This document shows positions 18,208-28,684 of a stretch of 64,000 nucleotides of DNA, in pieces; position 1 is the first letter of the stretch; each line of letters begins with the position of its first letter. Position numbers and translations under genes: made by a program. The notes below the pieces were generated by a model, which was not told where the DNA came from, made no database searches, and saw only the letters and a list, made by a program, of their open reading frames with translations. This DNA comes from an uncultured Dehalococcoidia bacterium (GTDB lineage: Bacteria > Chloroflexota > Dehalococcoidia > UBA6926): NCBI GenBank assembly GCA_964653005.1, contig CAZZAN010000003.1:206592-270591 (forward strand), given 5' to 3'.

Positions 18208-19809
18208 TTGGAGCAGCAGGTCTACGTTGCCAGCGAGTCGGAAATCGACGATATGGAGGCACTGTTCTCCGCTCTTCCGCCGCGCATCTCAGCCCCGCTT
18301 CGCGCCCACGGCAACGCGGACCAACTCCTCGAGATCGTGCTGGACCTTGGCCGCAAGCCGGAGGCCCGCTTCCTTGATTCCGAGATGGAGTTGAGCGACG
18401 CGGAGATCACGTCAGAGGACCTCGATTATATTGTCGAGCGCATCGGCGAGTTCAACGACGATAACCGCGCCGGGATCGAGCGAACGCTGCATCGGATTTC
18501 AGCGATCAAGAACCGGCAGGGGCGCGTGGTGGGAATCACGTGCCGCGTGGGGCGGGCAATCTTCGGGACAATCAAGATCATCGAGGACCTCATCACGGAC
18601 GGCGGAAATATCCTGCTGCTTGGGCGTCCGGGCATCGGCAAGACGACGATGCTCCGCGAGGTAGCCCGCGTTCTGGCGGACGATGCGCTGCGGCGTGTCA
18701 TCATCGTCGATACGTCAAATGAGATTGCCGGTGACGGTGATATTCCACACGCGTCATTGGGCCACGCACGACGGATGCAGGTGCCGCAGCCGCATCAACA
18801 GCACCGGGTGATGATCGAGGCGGTGGAGAACCACATGCCGGAGGTCATCATCATCGATGAGATCGGGACGGAAGCGGAGGCTGCGGCGGCGCGCACGATA
18901 GCAGAACGAGGCGTGCAGCTCATCGGGACGGCTCATGGCAACCGGCTGGATAATCTCGTTCAGAACCCGACGCTCGCGGACCTGGTGGGCGGGATACAGG
19001 CCGTGACGCTTGGGGATGAGGAAGCGCGGCGGCGGCGGACACGCAAGACGGCCCTGGAACGCAAGGCGCCGCCGACGTTCAACGTGGTGGTGGAGATTCG
19101 CAGCCGCACAGAGGTTGCGGTACATGCCGACGTGGCGCGGACAGTGGACATGATGCTGCGCGGCGCGCCACCGCGGCCGCAGTCCAGAAAGATCAGCGAC
19201 GAGGGGGCGGTTGAGGAAACCGAGGGCGACCAGGAATCGTTTGGGATAATCGGCGCAGGCCAGCCAGCCTACCAGATGGACGAGGAACGGGAGTTAGACG
19301 AGACTCGTGAGGCAGACTATCGGCGGACATCTGCGGATGTCTTTGCGCACGGCATTGGGCGCGGAAAGCTCGAGGAGACTTTGTACGCCCTTAGGCTGCC
19401 GTTCCGCGTGGTTGATTCGATCAGTTCCGCAGACGTGATGCTGACGACGAAGCAGTTGTACCGGAGGCGCACACCGGCGGTGAGGGCGGCGGAGGAGAAC
19501 CACGTTCCCGTCTACGTGCTGAGGAAGAATACGCCGGTACAGCTCGAGCAGGCGCTGCAGGCCATCGCGCATTCACGCGGCATGACAGAGGACATCGAGT
19601 CGATCTTGGAGGACACGGAGGAATCCCTGCAGCGCGTCGTGGCGGGGGACATGGATGAGATCGAATTGAGGCCACAGAACGCGTACATCCGCAGGCTTCA
19701 GCACCAAATGGCGCAGGAGGCGAGCCTGCAATCACATTCAAACGGTCGGGAGCCGAACCGGCGTGTTCGGGTCTATCGGGCGAGAGAAGCCGTCGGGGCC
19801 GGGCGCTAA
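18208..19809 (+). CDS. R3H-domain AAA ATPase (SpoIIIAA / Ycf45-like)
   Basis: 533 aa. Walker A LLLGRPGIGKTTMLREV and Walker B VIIIDEIGTEAEA. Family resemblance to SpoIIIAA/Ycf45 ATPases with a C-terminal nucleic-acid-binding region. Confidence 0.65.
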   Translation: MEQQVYVASESEIDDMEALFSALPPRISAPLRAHGNADQLLEIVLDLGRKPEARFLDSEMELSDAEITSEDLDYIVERIGEFNDDNRAGIERTLHRISAIKNRQGRVVGITCRVGRAIFGTIKIIEDLITDGGNILLLGRPGIGKTTMLREVARVLADDALRRVIIVDTSNEIAGDGDIPHASLGHARRMQVPQPHQQHRVMIEAVENHMPEVIIIDEIGTEAEAAAARTIAERGVQLIGTAHGNRLDNLVQNPTLADLVGGIQAVTLGDEEARRRRTRKTALERKAPPTFNVVVEIRSRTEVAVHADVARTVDMMLRGAPPRPQSRKISDEGAVEETEGDQESFGIIGAGQPAYQMDEERELDETREADYRRTSADVFAHGIGRGKLEETLYALRLPFRVVDSISSADVMLTTKQLYRRRTPAVRAAEENHVPVYVLRKNTPVQLEQALQAIAHSRGMTEDIESILEDTEESLQRVVAGDMDEIELRPQNAYIRRLQHQMAQEASLQSHSNGREPNRRVRVYRAREAVGAGR

Positions 19810-19816
19810 CGCTGCC

Positions 19817-20509
19817 GTGGGTATCTTCATCACGTTTGAGGGATGTGACGGCGCCGGCAAGACGACGCAGGCGAAGCTGCTTGCCACGAAAGTCGGACAG
19901 ACGCGCGACGTGCTGTCGCTCTATGAGCCGGGGGGCACTTCACTGGGGGAGCTTGTCCATTCATACGTGCGGAGCCACGGTTCCGGCGAGATCAATGAGG
20001 CCGCCGTTGAGCAAGCCCAATTCGATGGCATGAAAGATTTTGATGCGCGGGTGGACCCGATTGCAGAGTTGTTTCTCTTTGCGGCGGCGCGGGCGCAACT
20101 TGTGTCTGAGGTGATTCGGCCTGCTCTTGAGCAGGGACACGTGGTCATCTGTGACCGCTTTGCAGACTCGACTGCAGCATACCAAGGCTATGGTCGCGAA
20201 CTGTCGATCGAGCAGGTCAACAAGATGAATGAAGTCGCGACGGGCGGCTTGAAACCTGACCTTACTATCCTGCTGGACATCTCACCGGAGGACGGACTTG
20301 CCCGCGTGCCGGAGAAGAAGGACCGCATGGAGAAGCAGGCGCGGGATTTTCATCGGCGGGTGCGGGATGGGTACCTGGAAATCGCAAAGGGAGACGCCGA
20401 CCGCTTTCTAAAGCTTGATGCCACGCAGCCCGCTGGGGAGTTGCAGTCAGAAATCTGGAACCACGTCGAGCGGTTATTGCGTCCCGAAGCCGCACAAAGA
20501 CTTCTCTAA
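19817..20509 (+). CDS. tmk: thymidylate kinase
   Basis: P-loop FITFEGCDGAGKTTQ, DRF/LID motifs and YLEIA... The tracked ORF starts at 19763 and overlaps the previous gene, so an in-frame GTG at about 19817 (VGIFITFEG) is the more likely start. Confidence 0.85.
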   Translation: MGIFITFEGCDGAGKTTQAKLLATKVGQTRDVLSLYEPGGTSLGELVHSYVRSHGSGEINEAAVEQAQFDGMKDFDARVDPIAELFLFAAARAQLVSEVIRPALEQGHVVICDRFADSTAAYQGYGRELSIEQVNKMNEVATGGLKPDLTILLDISPEDGLARVPEKKDRMEKQARDFHRRVRDGYLEIAKGDADRFLKLDATQPAGELQSEIWNHVERLLRPEAAQRLL

Positions 20510-20524
20510 GGACCTCAAACAACC

Positions 20525-21997
20525 ATGACGTCTTCCGACAATCTGCACCATCTATCCGCGCACGAGGCTTCACGACTACTGGCTACGGGCGATATCAGCG
20601 CCGTTGAGTTGACTGAGGCGGTGCTGAGCCGCATTGAGGCAGTCGAGCCGCAGGTGCGCGGTCTTGTGACGGTGACGGCGGAGCAGGCGCGTCAAGCGGC
20701 GCAGGAGGCAGACAAACGCATCCGTGAGGGCAACACGACGCCGCTCACCGGCATCCCGCTCGTGCTCAAGGACAACATGTGCACGGCGGGAATCTCGACG
20801 ACGTGCTCATCCCGCATGTTGGAGGGCTTTGTGCCGCCCTACACTGCGACGGCGGCACAGAAGCTGCTCGATGCGGGCGCGGTGCTGGTGGGCAAGTCCA
20901 ACATGGACGAGTTCGCGATGGGGTCATCGACCGAGAACTCCGCGTTCTTTCCGACGCATAACCCGTGGGATGCGAGTCGTGTGCCGGGCGGGTCGTCGGG
21001 CGGCTCCGCGGCGACTGTGGCGGCGGGTGAGACACTCATCGCGTTGGGTTCAGACACAGGTGGTTCCATCAGGCAGCCGGCGTCATTCTGCGGGGTGGTT
21101 GGCATCAAGCCGACCTACGGAACCGTGAGCCGTTATGGGCTCATCGCGTTTGCATCATCGCTGGACCAGATCGGGCCTCTTGCGTCGAACGTGACGGACG
21201 CGGCGCAGACTCTCAACACCATCTCCGGTTACGACTCGATGGACTCAACATCCATCCAACGGGACACGCCCGACTATACCCAGGCGCTTGTGCCAGACGT
21301 ACGCGGCATGAAGATTGGCGTGGTCAAGGAGTTGTTCGGGGAGGGCGTGGAGCCGCAGGTGCGGGATACCGTGCTGGAAGCGGCGCGCGTACTGGAACAG
21401 GCCGGGGCGATTGTCGATTGGGAGGTCTCGCTGAGTCTTACGGAGTATGCCCTGCCCGTCTACTACATCCTCGCGCCGTCGGAGGCGTCGTCCAACCTTG
21501 CGCGTTATGACGGCGTCAAGTACGGCTATTCATGGGACGGCGCGGCGGACATGTGGGAGGGGATGGAGCGGACGCGGCAGCACGGGTTCGGGCCTGAGGT
21601 GAAACGGCGTATTCTTCTTGGCGCATACGCGCTCTCGTCCGGTTATTACGATGCGTACTACCGCAAGGCGCAACAGGTTCGGACGCTGATTCGCCGTGAG
21701 TACGAGGACGCTTTCACACGGTTTGACGTCCTGTTGACTCCCACATCGCCAACGCAGCCGTTCGGGTTGGGAGAGCGCACTGACGATCCTCTTGCCATGT
21801 ACCTGGCGGACATCTGCACGATTCCCGTGAATATCGCCGGAGTGCCGGCCATCAGCCTGCCGTGCGGGTTCGTCGACGGGCTGCCGGTGGGGTTGCAGCT
21901 TATCGGGCCGTCTCTCGGGGAGGAGGCCATCATCCGCGCGGCGTATACGTATGAGCAGGCGACGAATTGGCACACGATGCGGCCGGAGTTGGGGTGA
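20525..21997 (+). CDS. gatA: Asp-tRNA(Asn)/Glu-tRNA(Gln) amidotransferase subunit A
   Basis: 490 aa. Amidase signature [14 protein letters not shown]...[16 protein letters not shown]. Full-length GatA colinearity. Confidence 0.9.
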   Translation: MTSSDNLHHLSAHEASRLLATGDISAVELTEAVLSRIEAVEPQVRGLVTVTAEQARQAAQEADKRIREGNTTPLTGIPLVLKDNMCTAGISTTCSSRMLEGFVPPYTATAAQKLLDAGAVLVGKSNMDEFAMGSSTENSAFFPTHNPWDASRVPGGSSGGSAATVAAGETLIALGSDTGGSIRQPASFCGVVGIKPTYGTVSRYGLIAFASSLDQIGPLASNVTDAAQTLNTISGYDSMDSTSIQRDTPDYTQALVPDVRGMKIGVVKELFGEGVEPQVRDTVLEAARVLEQAGAIVDWEVSLSLTEYALPVYYILAPSEASSNLARYDGVKYGYSWDGAADMWEGMERTRQHGFGPEVKRRILLGAYALSSGYYDAYYRKAQQVRTLIRREYEDAFTRFDVLLTPTSPTQPFGLGERTDDPLAMYLADICTIPVNIAGVPAISLPCGFVDGLPVGLQLIGPSLGEEAIIRAAYTYEQATNWHTMRPELG

Positions 21998-22077
21998 GGG
22001 TTTCCCGCGGATAGTCACGCCGGGGACAGTTTGTGCAGATATAATCTGGACAGACCGGCTAGACGGGAGAGCAACAA

Positions 22078-22349
22078 TGGGCAGCAAATTAGATAGCATG
22101 GGCGAGTGGAAACTGCAGGACGCGAAGAATCAGTTCAGCGCCGTGGTTGACGCGGCGTTGGGCGGCGAGCCGCAGCGCGTGACACGACGCGGCAAGCCTG
22201 CCGTGGTTGTGTTGTCATGCGACGCGTACGAACGTCTGAAGAGGATGGAAAACAAGCGATTCGTTGAGATGCTCCTTGCTATACCGCAAGGCGGTCCAGA
22301 CGACTTGTTTGAGCGCATACCGATAGAGCCTCGCGACGTCGAGTTCTGA
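22078..22349 (+). CDS. type II antitoxin, Phd/YefM family
   Basis: About 90 aa (MGSKLDSMGEWKLQDAKNQFSAVVDAA...). Classic Phd/YefM N-terminus. Its stop overlaps the start of the PIN toxin (ATGA-type coupling). The tracked ORF begins further upstream at 21951. Confidence 0.7.
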
Positions 22350-22756
22350 TGTATCTGGTCGATACGGATGTCATTTCTGTGCTTCGAAGGCCTGAACGAC
22401 ATCCTCAGGTCGCGGCGTGGTTCGGTTCGTTTAGTACAGAGAGATTCTTTGTGAGCGTAATCACCTTTGGAGAATTGAAACGGGGGATTGACGCTGTACA
22501 ACGCACGGATGCGGTTTTCGCCCAGGAACTGATTGCATGGCTTGCCAACGTAATGGAGGAGTGGCGGAACAGGACGCTCTTCATTGATACTGCCATCGCC
22601 CTGAGGTGGGGAGGCGTATCAGCCACGATTGGAAACAAGAATGCCGACCTGCTCATAGCCGCGACGGCTCTAGAGCATGGCCTCACAGTGGTGACACGTA
22701 ACGTCAGTGATTTTGGGCCGACCGGCGTCAGGTTAGTCAACCCATTCGACATTTAG
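22349..22756 (+). CDS. vapC: PIN-domain ribonuclease toxin VapC
   Basis: 135 aa. MYLVDTDVIS start and acidic PIN residues (D6, E43, D98-like pattern). Confidence 0.8.
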   Translation: MYLVDTDVISVLRRPERHPQVAAWFGSFSTERFFVSVITFGELKRGIDAVQRTDAVFAQELIAWLANVMEEWRNRTLFIDTAIALRWGGVSATIGNKNADLLIAATALEHGLTVVTRNVSDFGPTGVRLVNPFDI

Positions 22757-22784
22757 CGGCAATTCCGATCTGACGACGCCCTTC

Positions 22785-23294
22785 TTGCAGAGTCGTTATC
22801 ATTCAATAGTCATGGATGACATTCTTCGGATTCTTGAACAGGACGCGCGGACGCCGCCGGAACGCATCGCTGAGATGACCGGGCGGTCAATCGATGACGT
22901 GCGCGAGGCTATCGTCAAGGCTGAGCGAGACGGCATCATCCTGTCGTACCGGTCACAGGTGAACTGGGACGCGCTGGGCCGCGGCGACGTGCACGCGATC
23001 ATCGAGGTGCGCGTTGCGCCGCAGCGCGAGGTTGGGTTCGATTCGGTTGCGACACGCATTGCGCGGTTCCCGGAGGTGCGCTCCATGCATCTTGTGTCCG
23101 GCGACTACGACCTCGCCGTGCAGGTGACGGGCGAGAGCATCTACGCAATCTCAAATTTCGTGGCGAGCAAGCTGTCTGTGCTGGACGCCGTGCAGGGCAC
23201 GGTGACGCACTTTGTCCTCAAGCGGTACAAGGAGGACGGCTCACTGTTCGATACACAGGACGATTCTCCGCAGCGCTTGCCGGTGTCCATGTAG
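22785..23294 (+). CDS. Lrp/AsnC-family transcriptional regulator
   Basis: 169 aa. N-terminal HTH (DILRILEQDARTPPERIAEMTG) plus a C-terminal RAM domain. Likely true start at the second ATG (MDDIL). Confidence 0.8.
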   Translation: MQSRYHSIVMDDILRILEQDARTPPERIAEMTGRSIDDVREAIVKAERDGIILSYRSQVNWDALGRGDVHAIIEVRVAPQREVGFDSVATRIARFPEVRSMHLVSGDYDLAVQVTGESIYAISNFVASKLSVLDAVQGTVTHFVLKRYKEDGSLFDTQDDSPQRLPVSM

Positions 23295-23304
23295 GCGGGT
23301 TTCT

Positions 23305-24531
23305 ATGACCAATTCAACACAGCACGATACTGCCCCACCGCCAGAGAAGCAGACCGCTCGTCGGCGCATCGCGCAGCGGGTAGAGGATATTCCGCCGTCC
23401 GGCATCCGCAAGTTCTTCGACCTGATTGCCGGGCAAGAGGGCATCATTTCACTGGGCGTTGGCGAGCCAGATTTCGTCACGCCGTGGCATATCCGCGAGG
23501 CGGCTATCGATTCGCTGGAGCGGGGGCATACACACTACACGTCCAACTACGGCACGCTGGAACTTCGCAAAGAGTTGTCAGCGTACCTGGAGCGGCTGTA
23601 CGGCGCTCACTACGATCCACAGTCCGAGCTGCTCATCACAGTGGGGGTGTCAGAGGCGCTGGACCTTGCGCTGCGGGCCACGCTTGACCCGGGCGATGAA
23701 GTCATCACGGGCGACCCGTGCTACGTGGCGTACTTCCCCGTTGTGCATATGGCTGGCGGGGCGCTTATCACCGCACCGACGACGATGGAGGATGAGTTCC
23801 GGCTGCGGGCTGAAGAAGTTGAAAAGCTCATCACGCCGAGGACGCGGGCGCTGTTGATCAACAATCCGTCCAATCCGACAGGCGCGGTGCTGGACAGGGC
23901 AACCACTGAGGAACTCTCTGAGATGGCCGCCCGCCACGATCTGCTCATCATTGCCGATGAGATCTACGACCGCCTTGTGTATTCGCCGGATGAGCCGTTC
24001 ACGTCGTTCGCATCGCTCACGGGACGCAGCGATCAGACGCTGGTGCTGGGCGGATTCTCGAAGTCGCACGCGATGACCGGGTGGCGCGTGGGCTACGCTG
24101 CCGGGCCGTCGGACCTCATCTCGGCCATGATGAAGGTCCACCAGTACACGATGATGTCCGCGCCAACGGCGGCGCAGGCGGCAGCGCTGGAAGCCTTGCG
24201 GGACGGCGACCGCGACGTTGCGGAGATGCGCGAGGCGTATGATCAGCGACGGCGGCTGCTTGTCGAGGGGCTGCGGCGCATCGGCCTGCCATGCGTGGAG
24301 CCGCGCGGGGCGTTCTATGCTTTCCCATCCATCATGCCAACGGGCATGTCATCCGAGGATTTCGCGGAACGGCTGCTGAAGGAAGAGGGGGTCGCCGTCG
24401 TGCCGGGGAGCGCGTTCGGGCCCTCCGGCGAGGGTTTCGTCCGGTGCTGCTACGCTGCGAGCGTGGACGACATTGAAGAGGCGCTCACGCGCATGGGCCG
24501 ATTTGTGGAGCGTCATACGAAGGCAGGCTAA
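23305..24531 (+). CDS. pyridoxal-phosphate-dependent aminotransferase, class I/II (aspartate/aromatic type)
   Basis: About 408 aa from MTNSTQHD (in-frame ATG within tracked ORF 23212..24531). Motifs GEPDF, NNPSNPTG and a SKSHAMTGWRVGY lysine region. Confidence 0.85.
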   Translation: MTNSTQHDTAPPPEKQTARRRIAQRVEDIPPSGIRKFFDLIAGQEGIISLGVGEPDFVTPWHIREAAIDSLERGHTHYTSNYGTLELRKELSAYLERLYGAHYDPQSELLITVGVSEALDLALRATLDPGDEVITGDPCYVAYFPVVHMAGGALITAPTTMEDEFRLRAEEVEKLITPRTRALLINNPSNPTGAVLDRATTEELSEMAARHDLLIIADEIYDRLVYSPDEPFTSFASLTGRSDQTLVLGGFSKSHAMTGWRVGYAAGPSDLISAMMKVHQYTMMSAPTAAQAAALEALRDGDRDVAEMREAYDQRRRLLVEGLRRIGLPCVEPRGAFYAFPSIMPTGMSSEDFAERLLKEEGVAVVPGSAFGPSGEGFVRCCYAASVDDIEEALTRMGRFVERHTKAG

Positions 24532-24553
24532 CGCTCCGGGGAAGGGGTAACTG

Positions 24554-25294
24554 ATGGTCGAGCAGGGGTCAAACGGCCACGGGGATCCACCGACCGCAAA
24601 CGGGCCGGGCGAGCCACCACAGGACGACGATCTGGTCGTCACGTTCACCGGCGTTTCGGCCAAGCCGAACGAAGACGGCACTATCGATCTCATTATCGGG
24701 ACGAACCGCGGCGAGATTCGAGCGATCCTGCATCCGAAAGAGGGGCATGACGGGGCCGTGATCTTTGTCGGCGGCGGGCGAGAACTCAAGGGCCCGGCGG
24801 ACGGCATCTACGAGGAACTGGCCACGGAACTCACCGAGCAGGGTGTGACATCGCTGCGGCTTGGACAACGGCGACCGGAGGTGTTCATCGAGGCAGTTGC
24901 GGACGCATTGGCGGGCATCTCATTCATGCGCGGCATCGGGGCACGGCGTCTTGCGCTCGTTGGCCATTCATCCAACGGCGCGGTGGCGATAAAGTCGGCG
25001 GCTTTCTCACCGGATGTCGTTGCGGTTGCATCACTCTCCGGCCAGACTTTCGGCGCGCAGGACGTGGCAGAGATAGCGCCTCGGCGGCTGCTTGTGGTGC
25101 ATGGTCGCGAGGATGACGTTCTGCCCTACACGGACGCCGAGCGCATCTATGAGTGGGCCGGGGAGCCGAAGGAGCTGATCCTGTACCCGGGCGCGAATCA
25201 TGGCCTGCGGGAGGCAAAGGACGAGCTAAAGGAAAAGCTTGAGGGTTGGCTGGTTGACGTGGTGGGGCCGTCGGGAAGCACCCCCTCACCCTAA
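24554..25294 (+). CDS. alpha/beta hydrolase (dienelactone-hydrolase-like)
   Basis: 246 aa. Nucleophile elbow GHSSNG and a C-terminal HG...NHG pattern. Confidence 0.65.
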   Translation: MVEQGSNGHGDPPTANGPGEPPQDDDLVVTFTGVSAKPNEDGTIDLIIGTNRGEIRAILHPKEGHDGAVIFVGGGRELKGPADGIYEELATELTEQGVTSLRLGQRRPEVFIEAVADALAGISFMRGIGARRLALVGHSSNGAVAIKSAAFSPDVVAVASLSGQTFGAQDVAEIAPRRLLVVHGREDDVLPYTDAERIYEWAGEPKELILYPGANHGLREAKDELKEKLEGWLVDVVGPSGSTPSP

Positions 25295-25420
25295 CCCTCC
25301 CCCACAAGGGGGGGAGGGTATTTTGGATTCCCGCTTTCGCGGGAATGACGGAGGGGGGCGGGAATGACGGAGGGGGGCGGGAATGACCCTTCGACAGGCT
25401 CAGGGGGAGCGGGGATAGGC
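25290..25420. repeat. modular hairpin repeat (modules A, B with tandem GGGAATGACGG half-units, C)
   Basis: CCCTCACCCTAACCCTCCCCCACAAGGGGGGGAGGG (stem with a compensatory change), GGATTCCCGCTTTCGCGGGAATGACGG, CCTTCGACAGGCTCAGGGGGAGCGG. Confidence 0.85.
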
Positions 25421-25422
25421 AG

Positions 25423-26589
25423 TTAATTGATTGGGCCTGCCGCCGACAGCTGTTCCATCAGGTCATCATTCCAATCGCCCTCCACCTCGAGTATGGCCTT
25501 CGCATCGTAGAGAAAGGCCTCATTGAGGTTATGAGAGAGGTAGACGTACGTTCCCGGCTGTTGCAAATGGTGGATGGATGCGCCGGCAGAGCCCGCGGCT
25601 ATGATCCACGTTTCCAGGTCAACCTCAGGCGGAGTGCCGAATGATCCTCGTTCCCGAACATAGTCACCATGTCCTCCGATGAGATGCGGGTAGGACTGCC
25701 GGTTTGATTGCGAGTGGATGATGAGCACATGCTCTCCAACTTCTGCGGTCAGTTGTCCATCTCCCTGGAGCGCCCCGGTTGCGCCATTGAAAACGACGTG
25801 CGTGGGAGCCAACGTCTCCATGACTTCCAGATCATCCTCCAGCGAGTCAGGTGATGAGGCGTAGCGCTTCCACTCGCCGTTCTCGTCGCGAGGTATGTAA
25901 TAGTCCTGCTCTCCAATGTAGTAGGCGCGGTCATAGCGAATGGGATTGCTGAGGGGGTCCTTCAGGCCGTCCCTCGGCAGAACCATGATGGCTCCATTCA
26001 TTCCGTGGACCACGTGCCATGGAACCATTGGGCCGCCGGGGGCACAGTGATAAACGAAAACACCCGGCTTGACCGCGCGGAATCGCAGGACCACCTCCTG
26101 GCCGGGCGCTACTACGGAAAGCGCGCCGCCGCCCAATGCGCCAATTGCCGCGTGAAAATCGATATTGTGCACCAGGAGGTTGTTCGCCGGATTGACGAGG
26201 GTCAGTTCAACGTAATCTCCCTCATGCACGACGACCAGCGGTCCCGGCACTGAGCCGTCAAAGGTGAATGCCCAGATGAAGACGCCGGGCGCGATTTCAA
26301 TTTCCTTTTCCTCAACGACCATCCGCACTTCGACAACCCGGGGGTCGCCCGAATACGTCTGATCGTGTTCGGGCAGGAAGGGGGGAGCCACAAGTTCCTG
26401 GGTAATCCGCTCAAGATCCTCCACGTCCTCAGGATCCCATGCCTCCGGGCCGCTCCAATAAGCATCCACGGCGGCACCATCAGCGTTCGTCGAGTTATCA
26501 CTCTCACAGGCCACGGTAGAAACAGCCAGGATCATTGCCATGAGCACCAGAAGCCAAAGCGCTTTCTTACGAATCTTCATTTCTGACAC
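25423..26589 (-). CDS. nirK: copper-containing nitrite reductase (NirK), lipoprotein form
   Basis: 388 aa. Cu ligand motifs [17 protein letters not shown] and [17 protein letters not shown]. Lipoprotein-type signal peptide ...AVSTVAC. Confidence 0.9.
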   Translation of the reverse strand: MSEMKIRKKALWLLVLMAMILAVSTVACESDNSTNADGAAVDAYWSGPEAWDPEDVEDLERITQELVAPPFLPEHDQTYSGDPRVVEVRMVVEEKEIEIAPGVFIWAFTFDGSVPGPLVVVHEGDYVELTLVNPANNLLVHNIDFHAAIGALGGGALSVVAPGQEVVLRFRAVKPGVFVYHCAPGGPMVPWHVVHGMNGAIMVLPRDGLKDPLSNPIRYDRAYYIGEQDYYIPRDENGEWKRYASSPDSLEDDLEVMETLAPTHVVFNGATGALQGDGQLTAEVGEHVLIIHSQSNRQSYPHLIGGHGDYVRERGSFGTPPEVDLETWIIAAGSAGASIHHLQQPGTYVYLSHNLNEAFLYDAKAILEVEGDWNDDLMEQLSAAGPIN

Positions 26590-26668
26590 ATCCTTCCTAA
26601 TACCGTGACAGCACGCCTGCGCGCTGCCGCAGGATTGTCTGGGATAAATCTAAGGACACGGCCTGTGG

Positions 26669-26694
26669 GAGGAAATACTACAGATGCAGTATTT
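26669..26694. promoter_or_regulatory. perfect 9-bp inverted repeat GGAAATACT-N8-AGTATTTCC in the nirK upstream region (candidate operator)
   Basis: Seen directly in the 131-bp gap between the PAS-LuxR gene and nirK. AT-rich against the genome background. Coordinates approximate. Confidence 0.5.
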
Positions 26695-26720
26695 CCAGCC
26701 GTGCGATGGATCAGACGAGG

Positions 26721-27323
26721 TTAAATCAGGTGGCGATGCTGCGCTGCCAGAACGGCTGCCATCATGCTGTGCGTGTGGAGCTTGTCACCCGCGTTGCTGA
26801 TGTGTTTCCGGACGGTGAGAACGCTAATGAAGAGCCGTTCAGCTATTTCCACGGGACGAAGGCCAAGAGCGAGCATGCTGAGAATCTCCGCTTCACGCGC
26901 TGACAGGCGGGGCGGCGGCGATTCATTTTCGTCCGGCGCGACCACAGCGGGTTCGTGAAACATGTGGATCAGCACAACCTGATCATTGTCGTCGGTGGCG
27001 ATAATCGAGAACATCGTGACTCTCTTGCGGGCACCGGAGGCGCTCAACATTCGCACATCGGCAACCGGCGGAATGCGCCCACTCTTGGTGGCAACAATGG
27101 CGGGGCAGTTCTGCTTGCAGACCGGTTCCGTGTCATCGATTGAGAGGTTCTGCATCGTCTCATAGCACTTCTTCCCAAGCACATCCCGGGGCGCATAGCC
27201 CAGAATGGCCTCCGCCTGCGGATTCCAGTACACGATGGTCTGGCTCAGGTCTATGCCATATGCCCCATATGGCGCATTCTCAAGAATCTCGAAGATCGTC
27301 GCAGTCATTTCCGCACCAGTCAC
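26721..27323 (-). CDS. PAS-sensor LuxR-family transcriptional regulator
   Basis: 200 aa. N-terminal PAS-like region with four Cys. C-terminal LuxR HTH (LSAREAEILSMLALGLRPVEIAERLFISVLTVRKHISNAGDKL). Immediately upstream of nirK on the same strand. Confidence 0.75.
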   Translation of the reverse strand: MTGAEMTATIFEILENAPYGAYGIDLSQTIVYWNPQAEAILGYAPRDVLGKKCYETMQNLSIDDTEPVCKQNCPAIVATKSGRIPPVADVRMLSASGARKRVTMFSIIATDDNDQVVLIHMFHEPAVVAPDENESPPPRLSAREAEILSMLALGLRPVEIAERLFISVLTVRKHISNAGDKLHTHSMMAAVLAAQHRHLI

Positions 27324-27456
27324 ACTCTAATCAATCGAACTGCACGACCGCATAGCCTCGTCGGCGCAAGGGGCGAGAGGCGGTTTCGTGAACACTGGAC
27401 GAATCCATCCTGGACGTGGGCTGAGCCGTTGGTTACGGACTGCGCGCACTTCCGGG

Positions 27457-27933
27457 CTACGGCTCGGTTTCGTCCTCGCCGAAGACGTAGCGTACGCGGA
27501 CGTAGCCTTCCTGGGCGGCGGGGGCGTTGGACAGCATCTCATCCCGACCGTAGGATTCGCGGTCGGAGTCTTCCCGGTAGACGTTGGTGACATCAATGGC
27601 GTGGCCTGTCGGCTCGACGCCCTCGGTGTCGACTTCCTGCAGCGCGGACACGCTCTCGATGATGGCGTCAAGCTGGCCGCCGAACGCCTCGATCTCCTCT
27701 TCGGTCATGCCAACGCGGCTCAACTCCGCCAGGGAGCGGGCAAGCTCCGGGCCGGTGCGCGCGTTTTCTTTCTCGTCCGGGTGCACTCTCAGGATGCTCC
27801 GTATAATTCCACTGACTGCCAGGTTTCTGCGAACCCGCACATTGTGTGGACTATTGTACTTGGCCTTGGCAATAAGGATCCTGGTGCTCGCCGACATGCG
27901 GGGACGAGAGCGGGGGCGTCTTTTGCGTATCAC
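27457..27933 (-). CDS. gatC: Asp/Glu-tRNA amidotransferase subunit C (with a possible N-terminal over-extension)
   Basis: C-terminal 100 aa match GatC (LARSLAELSRVGMTEEEIEAF...EVDTEGVEPTGH...NVYREDSD). The first ~49 codons are highly basic and unlike GatC. An in-frame GTG near 27786 may be the real start. Confidence 0.7.
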   Translation of the reverse strand: MIRKRRPRSRPRMSASTRILIAKAKYNSPHNVRVRRNLAVSGIIRSILRVHPDEKENARTGPELARSLAELSRVGMTEEEIEAFGGQLDAIIESVSALQEVDTEGVEPTGHAIDVTNVYREDSDRESYGRDEMLSNAPAAQEGYVRVRYVFGEDETEP

Positions 27934-27959
27934 TTTGGCCTCATGGACTCCTTTCGGTT

Positions 27960-27995
27960 TGGGATTCGTCCTTCGACAGGCTCAGGGTGAACAGG
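27960..27995. repeat. modular hairpin repeat (module C)
   Basis: CCTTCGACAGGCTCAGGGTGAACAGG. Confidence 0.75.
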
Positions 27996-28684
27996 GGGCT
28001 GTGGCTCCTTCCGGTGGTGTGGAACTTTCTGTTTGGTCTTGGGGGAACGCATCCGTTATCGTTTCCAGGGCTGCTCGACGGGGCGGCGCGGTTTCGAGCT
28101 CGGGTCCTGTTCGCGCCAGGGGGACGGCCCTGCGCTGGGCGGGTTGCGCTGCGCCAAACATAGACTCGCCCGGTCGGCGGCGCGATCAGCATGGTGGCAC
28201 CGGTCGCGCGTCTGCTCTCGGCCACGCCAAAAGCGCAGGCCGTGAGATTCGTCCCACGCGTGACAACAGGGGCATGCCACGCGGTTGATCCGTGCTCGCC
28301 CGCTGACTCTGCCACGTCGTCATCGAGCGCCATACGCTCCACTTGCCTGAGACCTGTTGGGTCTCGACCCGTGTGGAGCGCGCGTCTCTCTCATCGTCCC
28401 TGCTCGGGTCGCGGCGTGGCCTAGAGGCGATGGAGGCAACTGCACGGGGCGCTGCCACGCTGGGCCTTTCGGCGTTTGCGCAGCGGCGTTGACCCGCAGG
28501 GGTATCCGGTACTTCGAAAGCGGATGCGTTCCTTGCAGGGAGCGCCCTCCTTTTATGCGCTCCCGGGGAAAGGTGACGGCGGGGTTGTCGACGTTCCTCG
28601 CCGCCGGGGTATGGCTCGTTGTGGGTGACTTTAGGACAGGTGTTTTGTATGGGGCAAATGGGTGTGGTGGCATATTTGGGGTAA

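Noticed and set aside
25290-25420. Possibility that the clustered repeats (25290-25420, 29650-29945, 39095-39295, 52120-52320) are CRISPR arrays
   Set aside because: The units are heterogeneous modules of different lengths, not a single 24-48-bp repeat at regular spacing with unique spacers. Identical modules recur singly at more than 10 other intergenic sites. There are no cas genes in the window.
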